A stretch of 42,173 nt of DNA, from assembly GCA_016288305.1 (NCBI GenBank), contig JAEEYW010000033.1:1-42173 (forward strand). The letters run 5' to 3'. The position numbers were made by a program, and so were the translations under genes. Origin of the DNA: Bacillales bacterium. GTDB taxonomy: Bacteria; Bacillota_I; Bacilli_A; RF39; UBA660. Positions 1-9,339 of this stretch are shown in pieces. Below the pieces are notes generated by a model, which saw nothing but the letters and a program-made list of their open reading frames with translations, was not told the DNA's origin and ran no database searches. How positions within the stretch are numbered: position 1 is the stretch's first letter; the number at the start of each line of letters is the position of its first letter.

Positions 1-486
1 AACACCATCAATAATTTTTTTGATTTGCTCGAAATTACGACCTAATTCACTACCCTTACCAGCCATTGTCTCTAGTAATATCGTAACCTTAGAAGAACCA
101 ACTTTATTCAAATTATTAATAATATTATTAAGTCCTTCCTCTTCGCTTAATTTAACGCTACTACCTGGATGTAGTACTAACTTTGTCATATGTAATTGTT
201 CTACCCTTTTTAATTCTTGTTTTAAAAAAGATACCGCAAAATCATTATCACTAGCCATATTTATAATGTATGGAGCATGTACAATAACATTATTAATATC
301 AATATTATTATCATTCATTATTTTTATAGCTTCTAAAGTTAAATTATCATCAATAGGATTTCTAACCGTATTTTGTGGAGCACCTGTATAAAACATAAAA
401 GTACTACTACCATAACTTAAAGCTTCTATAACACTACCTTTTAATTGTGTATCTTTTTTAAAAGATACGTGACTTCCTATAATCAT
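1..486 (-). CDS. nfo: Endonuclease IV (AP endonuclease), 3' part runs off the window
   Basis: Manual minus-strand translation from ATG at 486: MIIGSHVSF...FMFYTGAPQNT...HAPYIINMA...VLHPGS...LETMAGKGSELG; SD GGGAG at ~493-497. Missing from the ORF track because it is truncated. Confidence 0.95.
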   Translation of the reverse strand, partial: MIIGSHVSFKKDTQLKGSVIEALSYGSSTFMFYTGAPQNTVRNPIDDNLTLEAIKIMNDNNIDINNVIVHAPYIINMASDNDFAVSFLKQELKRVEQLHMTKLVLHPGSSVKLSEEEGLNNIINNLNKVGSSKVTILLETMAGKGSELGRNFEQIKKIIDGV

Positions 487-511
487 TTTTATCTCCCATG
501 AATATTATATC

Positions 512-535
512 AAAAAAGTAGATTTAAAATCTACT
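512..535 (-). terminator. Intrinsic terminator overlapping the stop codon of 531..1604
   Basis: Inverted repeat AGTAGATT/AATCTACT (517-535) with A-tract 512-517 (U-tract on minus). Confidence 0.6.
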
Positions 536-1604
536 CTTCAAATTCAAGATATGCTTTATTTACTTCGATAACTGTTATAACCTTATTATTTGCATCACGA
601 TTATCACGAGTTGATATTTGGTTGTCAATAACCATTAATGGCGTAGAACTTGTAGTCATTGTCCATGCACGTTCATAATCATTAGGATTAGATGAGAAAA
701 GTCTTCCAAATATACCAGATACCCATCCAGGCCAGCAGAAATCATTTTTACCACAAAATCCAAATAATTCTTGAGCCCTAATTGGTCTTGATTTAGCTAT
801 AATAGGTTCTTCAGGGTATGTTGTTATTTTACTACAGCTTCTATTACTATCACAGTAATTAGCTTCAGAAGATGATGTACCATTCATACTAAATTCCATA
901 GTTAATAATTCATTCCAATCATTTGAAGCATTTCTTACATTATCAATCATAACTTTAGGAGTTCCATTATTACCCCATATAGAATATATTAAAGCTGTAT
1001 CTTTAATTAAAACTAATTTTTTACCGTCATCACGTAAAACATGATATCCATAAGTAAGAGGTTCCTCACCATCTCTTACCCTAACATCCAAAGAAACACC
1101 ATTTGAAATATCAGAAGAAGAACATGTGTTGCCACTTTTAACGCAATCATTACTTGCATTAAATACCTTAACTAATTGAACATCAGTAGTATGAATTATT
1201 TCCTTCTTAACTCTTACATTACCATCTTTATCAATACCTGATATAGAAACTTCATAATCTGTTCCAGGTAAAAGATCAGTTAATATACATTTACCGTCTG
1301 AAGCATTCTTAACCATACCACTAATAGAACAATAATAACCATAGAATTCATCTTCACTTGTAATATCAATAGTAATACTATTAACTGTTACCTCTTTGGT
1401 ATAAGCAAAGTCACGTGTTGTAGGTATAGCTTTACCATACAATTCATTTAATGCATCTTCAACATTTTTAGCCTTAAATTCCGGATTATTTGAGGAAAAT
1501 AATACATTTTTAGCCTCAAGTATATTGTCAGCTAAAACAGTTCCGGATATACAAATAATTGCTGTTAATAAACATAAAAACAGTCTTGATTTAAATATTT
1601 TCAT
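531..1604 (-). CDS. Secreted/surface protein: signal peptide, FN3-like module, C-terminal CLec/DUF6273-like region
   Basis: Basic then hydrophobic N-terminus ending VLA; NVEDALNELY motif; LTDLLPGTDYEVSI resembles FN3; YHVL..LVLI, SRPIRAQEL, WTMT, VITVIEV resemble the DUF6273-type tail; SD AAGGAG. Confidence 0.55.
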   Translation of the reverse strand: MKIFKSRLFLCLLTAIICISGTVLADNILEAKNVLFSSNNPEFKAKNVEDALNELYGKAIPTTRDFAYTKEVTVNSITIDITSEDEFYGYYCSISGMVKNASDGKCILTDLLPGTDYEVSISGIDKDGNVRVKKEIIHTTDVQLVKVFNASNDCVKSGNTCSSSDISNGVSLDVRVRDGEEPLTYGYHVLRDDGKKLVLIKDTALIYSIWGNNGTPKVMIDNVRNASNDWNELLTMEFSMNGTSSSEANYCDSNRSCSKITTYPEEPIIAKSRPIRAQELFGFCGKNDFCWPGWVSGIFGRLFSSNPNDYERAWTMTTSSTPLMVIDNQISTRDNRDANNKVITVIEVNKAYLEFEE

Positions 1605-1610
1605 TTTTTT

Positions 1611-1744
1611 CTCCTTTATATCTTACTTACATACTCTAACAAATTTAAAAATAATTTAACAAATTTTTTCTCTAAACCTCCTTTATATCTTACTAACATA
1701 TTCCAATAAATTTAAGAATAATTTAACAAATTTATTTTCCAAAC
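1611..1744. repeat. 67-bp imperfect tandem duplication of the GH31 gene 3' end plus downstream SD
   Basis: 1611-1677 vs 1678-1744 align without gaps, 8 mismatches. Confidence 0.9.
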
Positions 1745-4064
1745 CTTTGTTACCTAACTTACGCATCGCAATACGTTTTTTCTTAATAGGCATATCACTA
1801 AATAAAACAGCATCGACTTTTTCTTTCATCAGTGTTTCAATTTGCAAGTCAGATAAAATATTTTCAATCTCATCATTGATGATACGTGTTGCATCAACCA
1901 ATAGATCATTACCCTTACATGTAATAATTAATTGTGATATAGTTCTAATATCATTAATTTCAATAATAAAATCAGAACCAGATACATAAGCTTTATAATT
2001 TATTTTCTCATTACCTTCATAAACAGCCACTTCTGCTTTTTTAGTGTTTCTAAAAACAATTTTATAATTTCTATATTCTGGTATAATACCACTTTTACCT
2101 TCTAAAGCTTTAATCGTAACCTTGTACTCATCAGGGTTATAGTCATAAACAATCTTAGACAATAAATAATAACCTTTCTTATACATATCTGATACGCCAT
2201 CATCTTCATATAATAAATATTCATTACTTACGCCTGGAAAGAAATGTATTTCCATATTTTTAGGTGATGAAGTATCATTAATATCATCATTACTACCCAT
2301 AGGTATAATACTACCCGCTTTAGCAAAAACAGGATATTGTTGATCTTTATAGAAAGATATATATTTGCTATCACCTAAAAACTTTTTACCTGTAAAGAAA
2401 TCATACCAAATACCAGCAGGAAGATAAAATCTATGAGCAACCCTATCCATGACATAATCCTTACTCTTCGTTATAGGAGAAACAAATAACTGACTACCAA
2501 AATAATATTCACTATTATATAAAACATCATCATACATTTCAGGAACCTTATAATATAAAGGTTTAATTAAAGGCACACCATGTTGTGAATAACGATATGC
2601 TTCACTATATAAATATGGTATTAAGCGATGTCTTAATTGTAAATAATCTTTAACAATATTTAACGTTTTTAAATTCCAACGCCATGGCTCTCTTTTATAA
2701 TATTTACCACAATCTGCACCAAATTTTAAAATAGGAGAAAATGTACCTAATTGAACATATCTTGTATATAATTCATTATCCTCCATACCCTTATAATAAC
2801 CACCGATATCGTGCCCCCACCAACTAATACCTAAATTAGCAGCATCAGCATTAAAACGTGGTATTTGTTTTAAAGAATCCCAACTAACTAAAGATTTACC
2901 AGGATATAAAACAGGATAACGATGTTGCGCTAAACCATTGTAATAACCAAATATCATTGGTCTACGTTTATTATCCCTAGTAATATCATTATATTGATAA
3001 TATTTAAGATAATAATCATCAAAAGCATGTGGTCTATCAATCCAATAGAAATCAACACCTAAATTATCCAAAGGATGAATATAAACCTTTAAATAAACAT
3101 CTATCCACTTAGGATCCAATACATTATATGGAATAACGCCATTACTATCTGTTTGCAAGTACTTTACAGCTTGTTGATATCCATCATCAATGTTATAAAA
3201 ACCCTCTTCTGGATTTAAATTTAAACCAACACTAATATTTTTAGAATGTAAATAAGAAATCATCTCACGAGGAGCTTTAAATAACTCTTTATTAAAAGTA
3301 AACCCTGTCTTTAAATGATTCGTTTTATCATATGTACGAACATGCCAATCCTTATCCAATAATAAAACAGATAAAGGTATATTATTATTTTCAAAATTAT
3401 CCATTAACAATTTTAAAGAACCATCATTATAATCATCATTTTTACTCCACCAATTACCTAAAGCATAACGTGGAATTAAACCAGGATGACCCGTTAAAGC
3501 AAAATAATCCTTTAAACATTCAGCAAAATCATTTAAATATACAAATAAATATATATCAATATCAGCATAATTATCACTTAGAGTTCCATCCTTATTAATA
3601 ATTTTATTTTTAGCGTCATCTAAAGTAACAAAACCATCTAAAGAATATAAACTTTTAGTACTTATTATTTTGCCCTTTTTCTTACCATTTTCAATTCTTA
3701 TAGGAACACTAAAGTTTTTAGCTTCAACATTTTTATAATACCAACTTCTATCAGTATTTAAAACATCAACTTTAAAATTCTTACTATTTAATTTTTTCTC
3801 TTTCGTATAATATAATTTAAAATATGATGTTGATATTTCAAGATAATTTGCGTCCTCATTAACTGTAAACTCAGGCTTAGGAAAATTTCTATTAATAACC
3901 AAAGTTGTAGGTTCAGAAACAAAGTTTTGATTTTCACTATATTCAATTCTGATAAGTCGTTCTGTTAAAATAGTAAAACGATAGTTTTTACCAGCTTTAA
4001 CACATTCGGGATTAGACGTAGCCTTATCATAATCTACTTTAAACTGATTCCCCAAATTATACAT
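1683..4064 (-). CDS. Glycoside hydrolase family 31 homologue (acid/base Asp apparently replaced by Lys)
   Basis: IPRYALGNWWS, LDKDWH, YWID, WGHDIGGY, ELYTRYVQLGTFSP, LRHRLIPYLYS, LYEDDG (DUF5110-like). Confidence 0.9.
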   Translation of the reverse strand: MYNLGNQFKVDYDKATSNPECVKAGKNYRFTILTERLIRIEYSENQNFVSEPTTLVINRNFPKPEFTVNEDANYLEISTSYFKLYYTKEKKLNSKNFKVDVLNTDRSWYYKNVEAKNFSVPIRIENGKKKGKIISTKSLYSLDGFVTLDDAKNKIINKDGTLSDNYADIDIYLFVYLNDFAECLKDYFALTGHPGLIPRYALGNWWSKNDDYNDGSLKLLMDNFENNNIPLSVLLLDKDWHVRTYDKTNHLKTGFTFNKELFKAPREMISYLHSKNISVGLNLNPEEGFYNIDDGYQQAVKYLQTDSNGVIPYNVLDPKWIDVYLKVYIHPLDNLGVDFYWIDRPHAFDDYYLKYYQYNDITRDNKRRPMIFGYYNGLAQHRYPVLYPGKSLVSWDSLKQIPRFNADAANLGISWWGHDIGGYYKGMEDNELYTRYVQLGTFSPILKFGADCGKYYKREPWRWNLKTLNIVKDYLQLRHRLIPYLYSEAYRYSQHGVPLIKPLYYKVPEMYDDVLYNSEYYFGSQLFVSPITKSKDYVMDRVAHRFYLPAGIWYDFFTGKKFLGDSKYISFYKDQQYPVFAKAGSIIPMGSNDDINDTSSPKNMEIHFFPGVSNEYLLYEDDGVSDMYKKGYYLLSKIVYDYNPDEYKVTIKALEGKSGIIPEYRNYKIVFRNTKKAEVAVYEGNEKINYKAYVSGSDFIIEINDIRTISQLIITCKGNDLLVDATRIINDEIENILSDLQIETLMKEKVDAVLFSDMPIKKKRIAMRKLGNKGLENKFVKLFLNLLEYVSKI

Positions 4065-4078
4065 CTATATCACCACCT

Positions 4079-5488
4079 TTATATTTCTTCTATTTTCATA
4101 AAATTAGTATGCTTTACCTTTTTAAATGGATATCCTCCTGTTATTATAATTTTATCCTTAGGCTGTAACATTAAAAAATCAACAGCTATCTTTTTACTCT
4201 TTTCTATAATAGCATCAGAAGTTTTCATTTCATTAATTAATAATGGTACAACACCAAAATTAAGCGCTAGAGACTTAACTGTATCAATATTAGGACTAAC
4301 AGCTATAACAGGACAAAAAGGTCTAAATTTAGAAATCTTTTTAGCTGTATAACCACTCATAGTTGGCGCGAAAATAGCTTTACATTTTAAACGTTCCGCA
4401 CAAGTTGCTACACTATAAGCTAAAGAACTGGTTATATCAACATCCTCTTCCTTCATAGCTTCGTCAATCATATTATCATAATTGATATCCTTTTCTGCGA
4501 TACTAATAACACGTTCTAAAGTTTTAAGCGTCTCAACAGGATATTTACCCATCGTTGTCTCACCACATAAAACAATAGCATCAGTACCATCCAAAACCGC
4601 ATTAGCAATATCTGAAACCTCAGCTCTTGTAGGTTTCTCACTATTTATAAGCGTTGATAATAACTCGGTTGCAACAATACCTATAACACCTTTTTCATGG
4701 CATTTTTTAATAATACGTTTTTGAATACCAGGTATTCTTTCAATACTTACCTCACTACCCAAATCACCACGTGCTATCATAATACCATCAGATACTTTAA
4801 GTATTCTATCAATGTCATCAATAGCAGCTTTATTTTCAATAATAGATATTATCTGCATATGCTCATTCTTTAAATTTATCAATAAATCATTAACCTCTAA
4901 AACATCTTCATAATCAGAAACATAAGATAATGCTAAAAAATCAACATTCATCTGATGAGCAAACTTAATAGTTTCTTTATCAAAACTATTTAAGAAAGGT
5001 CTATTTAATTTAACGTCAGGTATATTAATACTATTATTATCTTTAATATAACCTTCTTTTAAAACCTTACACAATAAATAATCATAACCCTTATCAATTA
5101 TTTGTAATTCAACAGTACCATCATTAATAGTTATAAAATTACCAATTTCAACTTCATTAACTAAATTATAATCAACGCTAAATTTAGTACTATCACCAAT
5201 AACATTATCCATAAAGATTCTTATTTTATCATTTTGTTTTAAAAAAGTCCCACCATTACTTATATGGTTAATTCTAACCAAAGGACCTCTTGTATCCAAC
5301 ATAACACTTGCATAAGTGTGTAATTCCGCATTTATTTCATTTATTTTATTTATAATATCACGACAAAAATCAAATGTTGCATAACTCATATTAATACGAA
5401 CAACATCTGCTCCGTTAATGATTAAAGATTTCAATATTTCTTTACTAGTAGTAGGACCTACTGTAGCAATAACCTTTGTTTTATTCAT
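4079..5488 (-). CDS. pyk: Pyruvate kinase homologue with degenerate active site
   Basis: TKVIATVGP, DGIMIARGDLG, PTRAEVSDIANAVLDGTD, TMSGYTA; catalytic KIE motif reads IIE. Confidence 0.85.
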   Translation of the reverse strand: MNKTKVIATVGPTTSKEILKSLIINGADVVRINMSYATFDFCRDIINKINEINAELHTYASVMLDTRGPLVRINHISNGGTFLKQNDKIRIFMDNVIGDSTKFSVDYNLVNEVEIGNFITINDGTVELQIIDKGYDYLLCKVLKEGYIKDNNSINIPDVKLNRPFLNSFDKETIKFAHQMNVDFLALSYVSDYEDVLEVNDLLINLKNEHMQIISIIENKAAIDDIDRILKVSDGIMIARGDLGSEVSIERIPGIQKRIIKKCHEKGVIGIVATELLSTLINSEKPTRAEVSDIANAVLDGTDAIVLCGETTMGKYPVETLKTLERVISIAEKDINYDNMIDEAMKEEDVDITSSLAYSVATCAERLKCKAIFAPTMSGYTAKKISKFRPFCPVIAVSPNIDTVKSLALNFGVVPLLINEMKTSDAIIEKSKKIAVDFLMLQPKDKIIITGGYPFKKVKHTNFMKIEEI

Positions 5489-5515
5489 AAAATATCCTCT
5501 TTATTCTCCATAATA

Positions 5516-5544
5516 ATTATAATTTATATAGCTATTTAAGTCAA
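5516..5544 (-). promoter_or_regulatory. sigmaA promoter of the pyk-GH31 operon
   Basis: TTGACT-N17-TATAAT on minus strand. Confidence 0.7.
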
Positions 5545-5570
5545 CATTTTAGCCATCTATATTTCTCAAT

Positions 5571-5598
5571 TTGTATTTTTTTTAAAAAGTGATATAAT
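5571..5598 (+). promoter_or_regulatory. Putative sigmaA promoter (extended -10) for 5622..6305
   Basis: TTGTAT-N16-TATAAT with TG at 5590-5591. Confidence 0.5.
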
Positions 5599-5621
5599 AC
5601 ATCCTCGAAAGAAGGGGTTTT

Positions 5622-6305
5622 ATGGAAATAGAAATTAAGGAAATCATTATGGCAGCTTTGTATTACTACCACACAGAGTACCATAAAGATATTACAAGTA
5701 TGGTGGGTATAAATAATTATATTGATATGTTATCAACTAAATTTAATATGCCTATAAAAGTTATTTCTAATAACAAATATTATGATGATAAATACTCATG
5801 TAAGGTAACATCTACTAATATTGTCTTTAGATATATTGATATTAAAAAAGAAGATTTAGATCCAAAATTAATTATTACAAATAAACAATTAAGATTAATT
5901 GATCAATTAAAAACAAATAGTCATTATAGCAGTATTAGACAAGCTAATATTAAAAAAGTTAATGTAAATCACCTTTTAAGATTATTTGCTATTCAATTTA
6001 ATTTAAAATATAAAAGAAACATAACAACTGACCTAGCCTTTAGAGCTACTTGTGACATCATGAAGATAGTTAACTATCAAGGCGTTAAAACATATATAGA
6101 TCAAGATATAAAACCTACATACGAACAAGATAATTACCGTTCAATAGAAGAATTAGGTAATATATATACTAAAGAAGAATTAGATTACTTAGAAAGTGTT
6201 ATTATAAGTTATATGTATAGTAATCACTTTAAAAATCATTTAAAAGATGATTACGCTAAAATAAAAACTACAAGAATTAACTCTTGTAGTTTTATTTTAT
6301 CTTAA
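5622..6305 (+). CDS. Hypothetical protein
   Basis: 227-aa ORF with SD GAAGGGG and upstream promoter; no recognisable motif. Confidence 0.7.
   Translation: MEIEIKEIIMAALYYYHTEYHKDITSMVGINNYIDMLSTKFNMPIKVISNNKYYDDKYSCKVTSTNIVFRYIDIKKEDLDPKLIITNKQLRLIDQLKTNSHYSSIRQANIKKVNVNHLLRLFAIQFNLKYKRNITTDLAFRATCDIMKIVNYQGVKTYIDQDIKPTYEQDNYRSIEELGNIYTKEELDYLESVIISYMYSNHFKNHLKDDYAKIKTTRINSCSFILS
6258..6298. terminator. Bidirectional terminator between convergent genes
   Basis: AAAACTACAAGA-N6-TCTTGTAGTTTT (6264-6293) with A/T flanks. Confidence 0.75.
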
Positions 6306-8054
6306 TACTGAACGGAAAGAAAATGAATCATTAGCACCATCATTATCATCAAATGCGAAAATGCCAGCTGATGATCCATGACTATAACCACCACCACGTG
6401 TAAGCCATGGATTACCTGAAGATACAAAAATCGCATAATCCTTATGGAATCCACTGTGTTGACGTTTAACATCATCCGCATCTAGCCAATTAGCAAAATT
6501 ATTTAATTCAACTGTAGCATCTCCTAAATGTCCTCTTGAATAATCCTTATTGCTAGTACCATAAGCATACAAATCATAATATTTACTTTCTGGGAAATCA
6601 AGACCAGTTACACTTTTAATAGAAGTATTTTCAACTTCATAACATGTTGGACATGTTACCTTTCCTGTGAAACCAGAGTTCCATACGTTACTTCTTCCTG
6701 AAGCTGGAACACCACTACCTTTAGAATCTTCCATAACAGCCATTACATATTCCCATGTACCACCATTCATATCATATATACCATAGATATTTCCTGTTGT
6801 ACTTGCTCTACCACCTTGAACAGTATACCATTCATTTTCACATTTATATTTTGGAACATATGACTCATACCCTTTAGTTGGCGCAACAGATGCTGCACAT
6901 CCTGGATCGTAACTATTATTTATCATAATCTCAGTAGTACCTTGACCATAGATAGAAGTAGCTAAATATGCAATAGCTCCCCACTCTGAATTCTTAAGCA
7001 TTGCTGGATCTTTAGAAGTTATACCATAGTTTATTTCTCTTGAAGCCACAAATTGTGCTGCCACTGTTTTCTCATGTGATGGCGTTAAGTTAGTTGTTTC
7101 AGCATATCTTGTATCTGTTGGTAATACAGTTGGAGCATAAGAATTTCCTGATGTTTCAAACTTACCTACCCAAATACCATTTAATTCTTCATCACCAAAT
7201 GTAAAAGCAGGATGGGTTAACCATTGACCTTTTTTACTTCCAGTTGATTTAGCGGTATCTTTGTTTTCAAATTCAATAGATATTAATGATACATAATCAA
7301 TATAATCAATTTGACTTGATAAAGTACCATTATCTGTTATTTTAGATAAATCTGTAAATATCTTATATTTATATCTTGGTACCCATACATAGAAAGCCAT
7401 AATATCTTTCATTTGAATAATAGTTCCTGATGCAGCTTCTTTGTATGCTTTTCTAGATGCATCGCTAACTAAAACAGCATTAGCCCATTTTTTATCTGTA
7501 TAGTTATACCATTCTTCTCTTAAACTAGCTTTTTTAACAATACCATCTTCATATACAACTGGTATCATACCTTCATCTAATTCTGGAACAGCACCATTTA
7601 CAGTTTTATCTATGTATATAGTCTTGCAATGATTAATATCATCTAATTCATATAAATCGCTTGAATCTGCATCTTTTACATAACATGTTTTATCGTACAA
7701 TAAAGCCAAAGATATTTTACCTTTTTTAGTTATGTGTATTTCACCATATTTTGGTTTTTTTACTGTTGAACCTTCTGTTATTTTATAAAGTAAATTATAA
7801 GTTTCATCATGTATTGCATTGTGAACAGCATAATCAGAAGCTAGATTAAGTATTTCTTGCGCTGAAGCAGCATATGCCTTTTTTCTTGCACTATCAATTA
7901 CTTTAATTGTTATCAATGCAGCTATTATAACAGCTATACAAATAATTACCACGATAAACTTTTTCTTATTTTTAACAGTTTTTTCCTTAATATTTTTAAC
8001 AGCTTTTTCTTTAACATTTTTAGTAGTTTTCTCTTTGATATTTTTTTCCTTCAT
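6297..8054 (-). CDS. Membrane-anchored surface protein: pilin-like N-terminal domain plus C-terminal CLec (FGE-sulfatase-like) domain
   Basis: Start moved to ATG 8054 (SD AGAGGTG); TM helix then IDSARKKAYAASAQEI; VWVPRYKY, HPAFTFG..GIWVGKFE, SEWGAIAYL, GIYDMNGGTWEYV, RGG..AGIFAF..SFRSVL. Confidence 0.7.
   Translation of the reverse strand: MKEKNIKEKTTKNVKEKAVKNIKEKTVKNKKKFIVVIICIAVIIAALITIKVIDSARKKAYAASAQEILNLASDYAVHNAIHDETYNLLYKITEGSTVKKPKYGEIHITKKGKISLALLYDKTCYVKDADSSDLYELDDINHCKTIYIDKTVNGAVPELDEGMIPVVYEDGIVKKASLREEWYNYTDKKWANAVLVSDASRKAYKEAASGTIIQMKDIMAFYVWVPRYKYKIFTDLSKITDNGTLSSQIDYIDYVSLISIEFENKDTAKSTGSKKGQWLTHPAFTFGDEELNGIWVGKFETSGNSYAPTVLPTDTRYAETTNLTPSHEKTVAAQFVASREINYGITSKDPAMLKNSEWGAIAYLATSIYGQGTTEIMINNSYDPGCAASVAPTKGYESYVPKYKCENEWYTVQGGRASTTGNIYGIYDMNGGTWEYVMAVMEDSKGSGVPASGRSNVWNSGFTGKVTCPTCYEVENTSIKSVTGLDFPESKYYDLYAYGTSNKDYSRGHLGDATVELNNFANWLDADDVKRQHSGFHKDYAIFVSSGNPWLTRGGGYSHGSSAGIFAFDDNDGANDSFSFRSVLR
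7971..8042 (-). repeat. Three 24-bp coding repeats (NIKEKTTK/NVKEKAVK/NIKEKTVK)
   Basis: Visible in the N-terminal translation of the 6297..8054 gene. Confidence 0.7.
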
Positions 8055-8158
8055 ACCAACACCTCTATTATATTTTAGCACGCATATAGTTATAATGTAA
8101 ATATAAATTTATTACATTAATATAATTATATCTAACATGATTTCACATAGATATTAAT

Positions 8159-8186
8159 AAAAAATTCGAGAATTAAATCTCGAATT
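8159..8186 (-). terminator. Intrinsic terminator after the AI-2E gene
   Basis: AATTCGAGA-N6-TCTCGAATT (8163-8186) with A-tract. Confidence 0.7.
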
Positions 8187-9327
8187 AATTAAAACTTAAA
8201 AAGTCATATTTTTCATCAAAGTAATTAACTAATTCCTTTAATGCACCAATGATTGGTGTTGATAAAACCATACCAGCTATACTAAAGAAATGACCAAATA
8301 CAACTAAACCTAAGATAATTGTTATAGGACTTAATTTAGTTGCTTTACTCATAATTAATGGTTGTAAGAAATTACCCTCTAAAGCTTGTACGATAGCTAT
8401 AAAAATCAAAACAGCAATTCCAACAGGAGTTGATTGCGTTAAACCAACTAAAACAGCTGGGAAACCACCAATGTATGGTCCTGCAAATGGAATAACATTT
8501 GTAATAGCGCAGAATAAAGCAAATAATAAAGATGCTTTCAAACCAATAATTGAGAAACCAATAGCAGTTATAACAAAGATAACTGAGCAATCAATTAAAG
8601 CTCCAACGACAAATTTCTTAAGTGGTCTATTAACAGCAGTTAAACATTTTTTAACCTCATTACGATATGCTGCAGGAATTAATGAATATAATGTTGTAGC
8701 ATTTTTATCATAATCTAATAATAAATAGAAACCAATGATTAAACTAACTAAGAACGTACCTAATGATGAGAAAAGTGATTTACCAGCAGTAACCAATGTT
8801 TCTGGTAAAGAACTAGTAAGACCTTTAGCAACATCCTCTAATTTAGCGTATAAATCATTTTGAACGGCAGAAGCATCAAAACCTTCAGTTCCTTTAACGC
8901 CACCAAAGAGATCACCAATCCAAGTTTTTAAAGTATCATATAAAGACGGAATAGTATTGCTAACAAATTCATTAATTTGATCTGATAATAAGGGAATAAT
9001 TGAACCAACTATAACAAATAATATACCTAAAAATACGATATAACATATAGCTGCTCCAAAACCTCTTCTTACGCCTTTTTTATTTAAATATGTAACAATT
9101 GGATCAAATAACCAAGCTATAACAAATCCAATGAAAAGAGGCGCTATCAAACCTAAAACAGTAAATATGAATGATAAGATTTTAACTTCTTTCAATATAA
9201 CTATAGCTCCATAAACACCAGCTATAATTAAGAAAACCATAAGTATTCTTAAGATAATATTAGAAAGCCTGATAAGTTCATTTAATCTACCTACGTTTAA
9301 CTCTTTATCATCTTTTTTCTTAAACAT
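8185..9327 (-). CDS. AI-2E family transporter
   Basis: Multi-TM; PLFIGFVIAWLFDP, NVIPFAGPYIG, QALEGNFLQPLIM; ATG 9327 fits SD AGGGGTG better than GTG 9336. Confidence 0.9.
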   Translation of the reverse strand: MFKKKDDKELNVGRLNELIRLSNIILRILMVFLIIAGVYGAIVILKEVKILSFIFTVLGLIAPLFIGFVIAWLFDPIVTYLNKKGVRRGFGAAICYIVFLGILFVIVGSIIPLLSDQINEFVSNTIPSLYDTLKTWIGDLFGGVKGTEGFDASAVQNDLYAKLEDVAKGLTSSLPETLVTAGKSLFSSLGTFLVSLIIGFYLLLDYDKNATTLYSLIPAAYRNEVKKCLTAVNRPLKKFVVGALIDCSVIFVITAIGFSIIGLKASLLFALFCAITNVIPFAGPYIGGFPAVLVGLTQSTPVGIAVLIFIAIVQALEGNFLQPLIMSKATKLSPITIILGLVVFGHFFSIAGMVLSTPIIGALKELVNYFDEKYDFLSFN

Positions 9328-9339
9328 AATACTCACCCC

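Noticed and set aside
20-391. 123-aa + strand ORF
   Set aside because: Antisense shadow of nfo, which is clearly encoded on the minus strand
6297-6450. Complete DGR at the CLec protein
   Set aside because: No template repeat, reverse transcriptase or avd-like gene seen in the window
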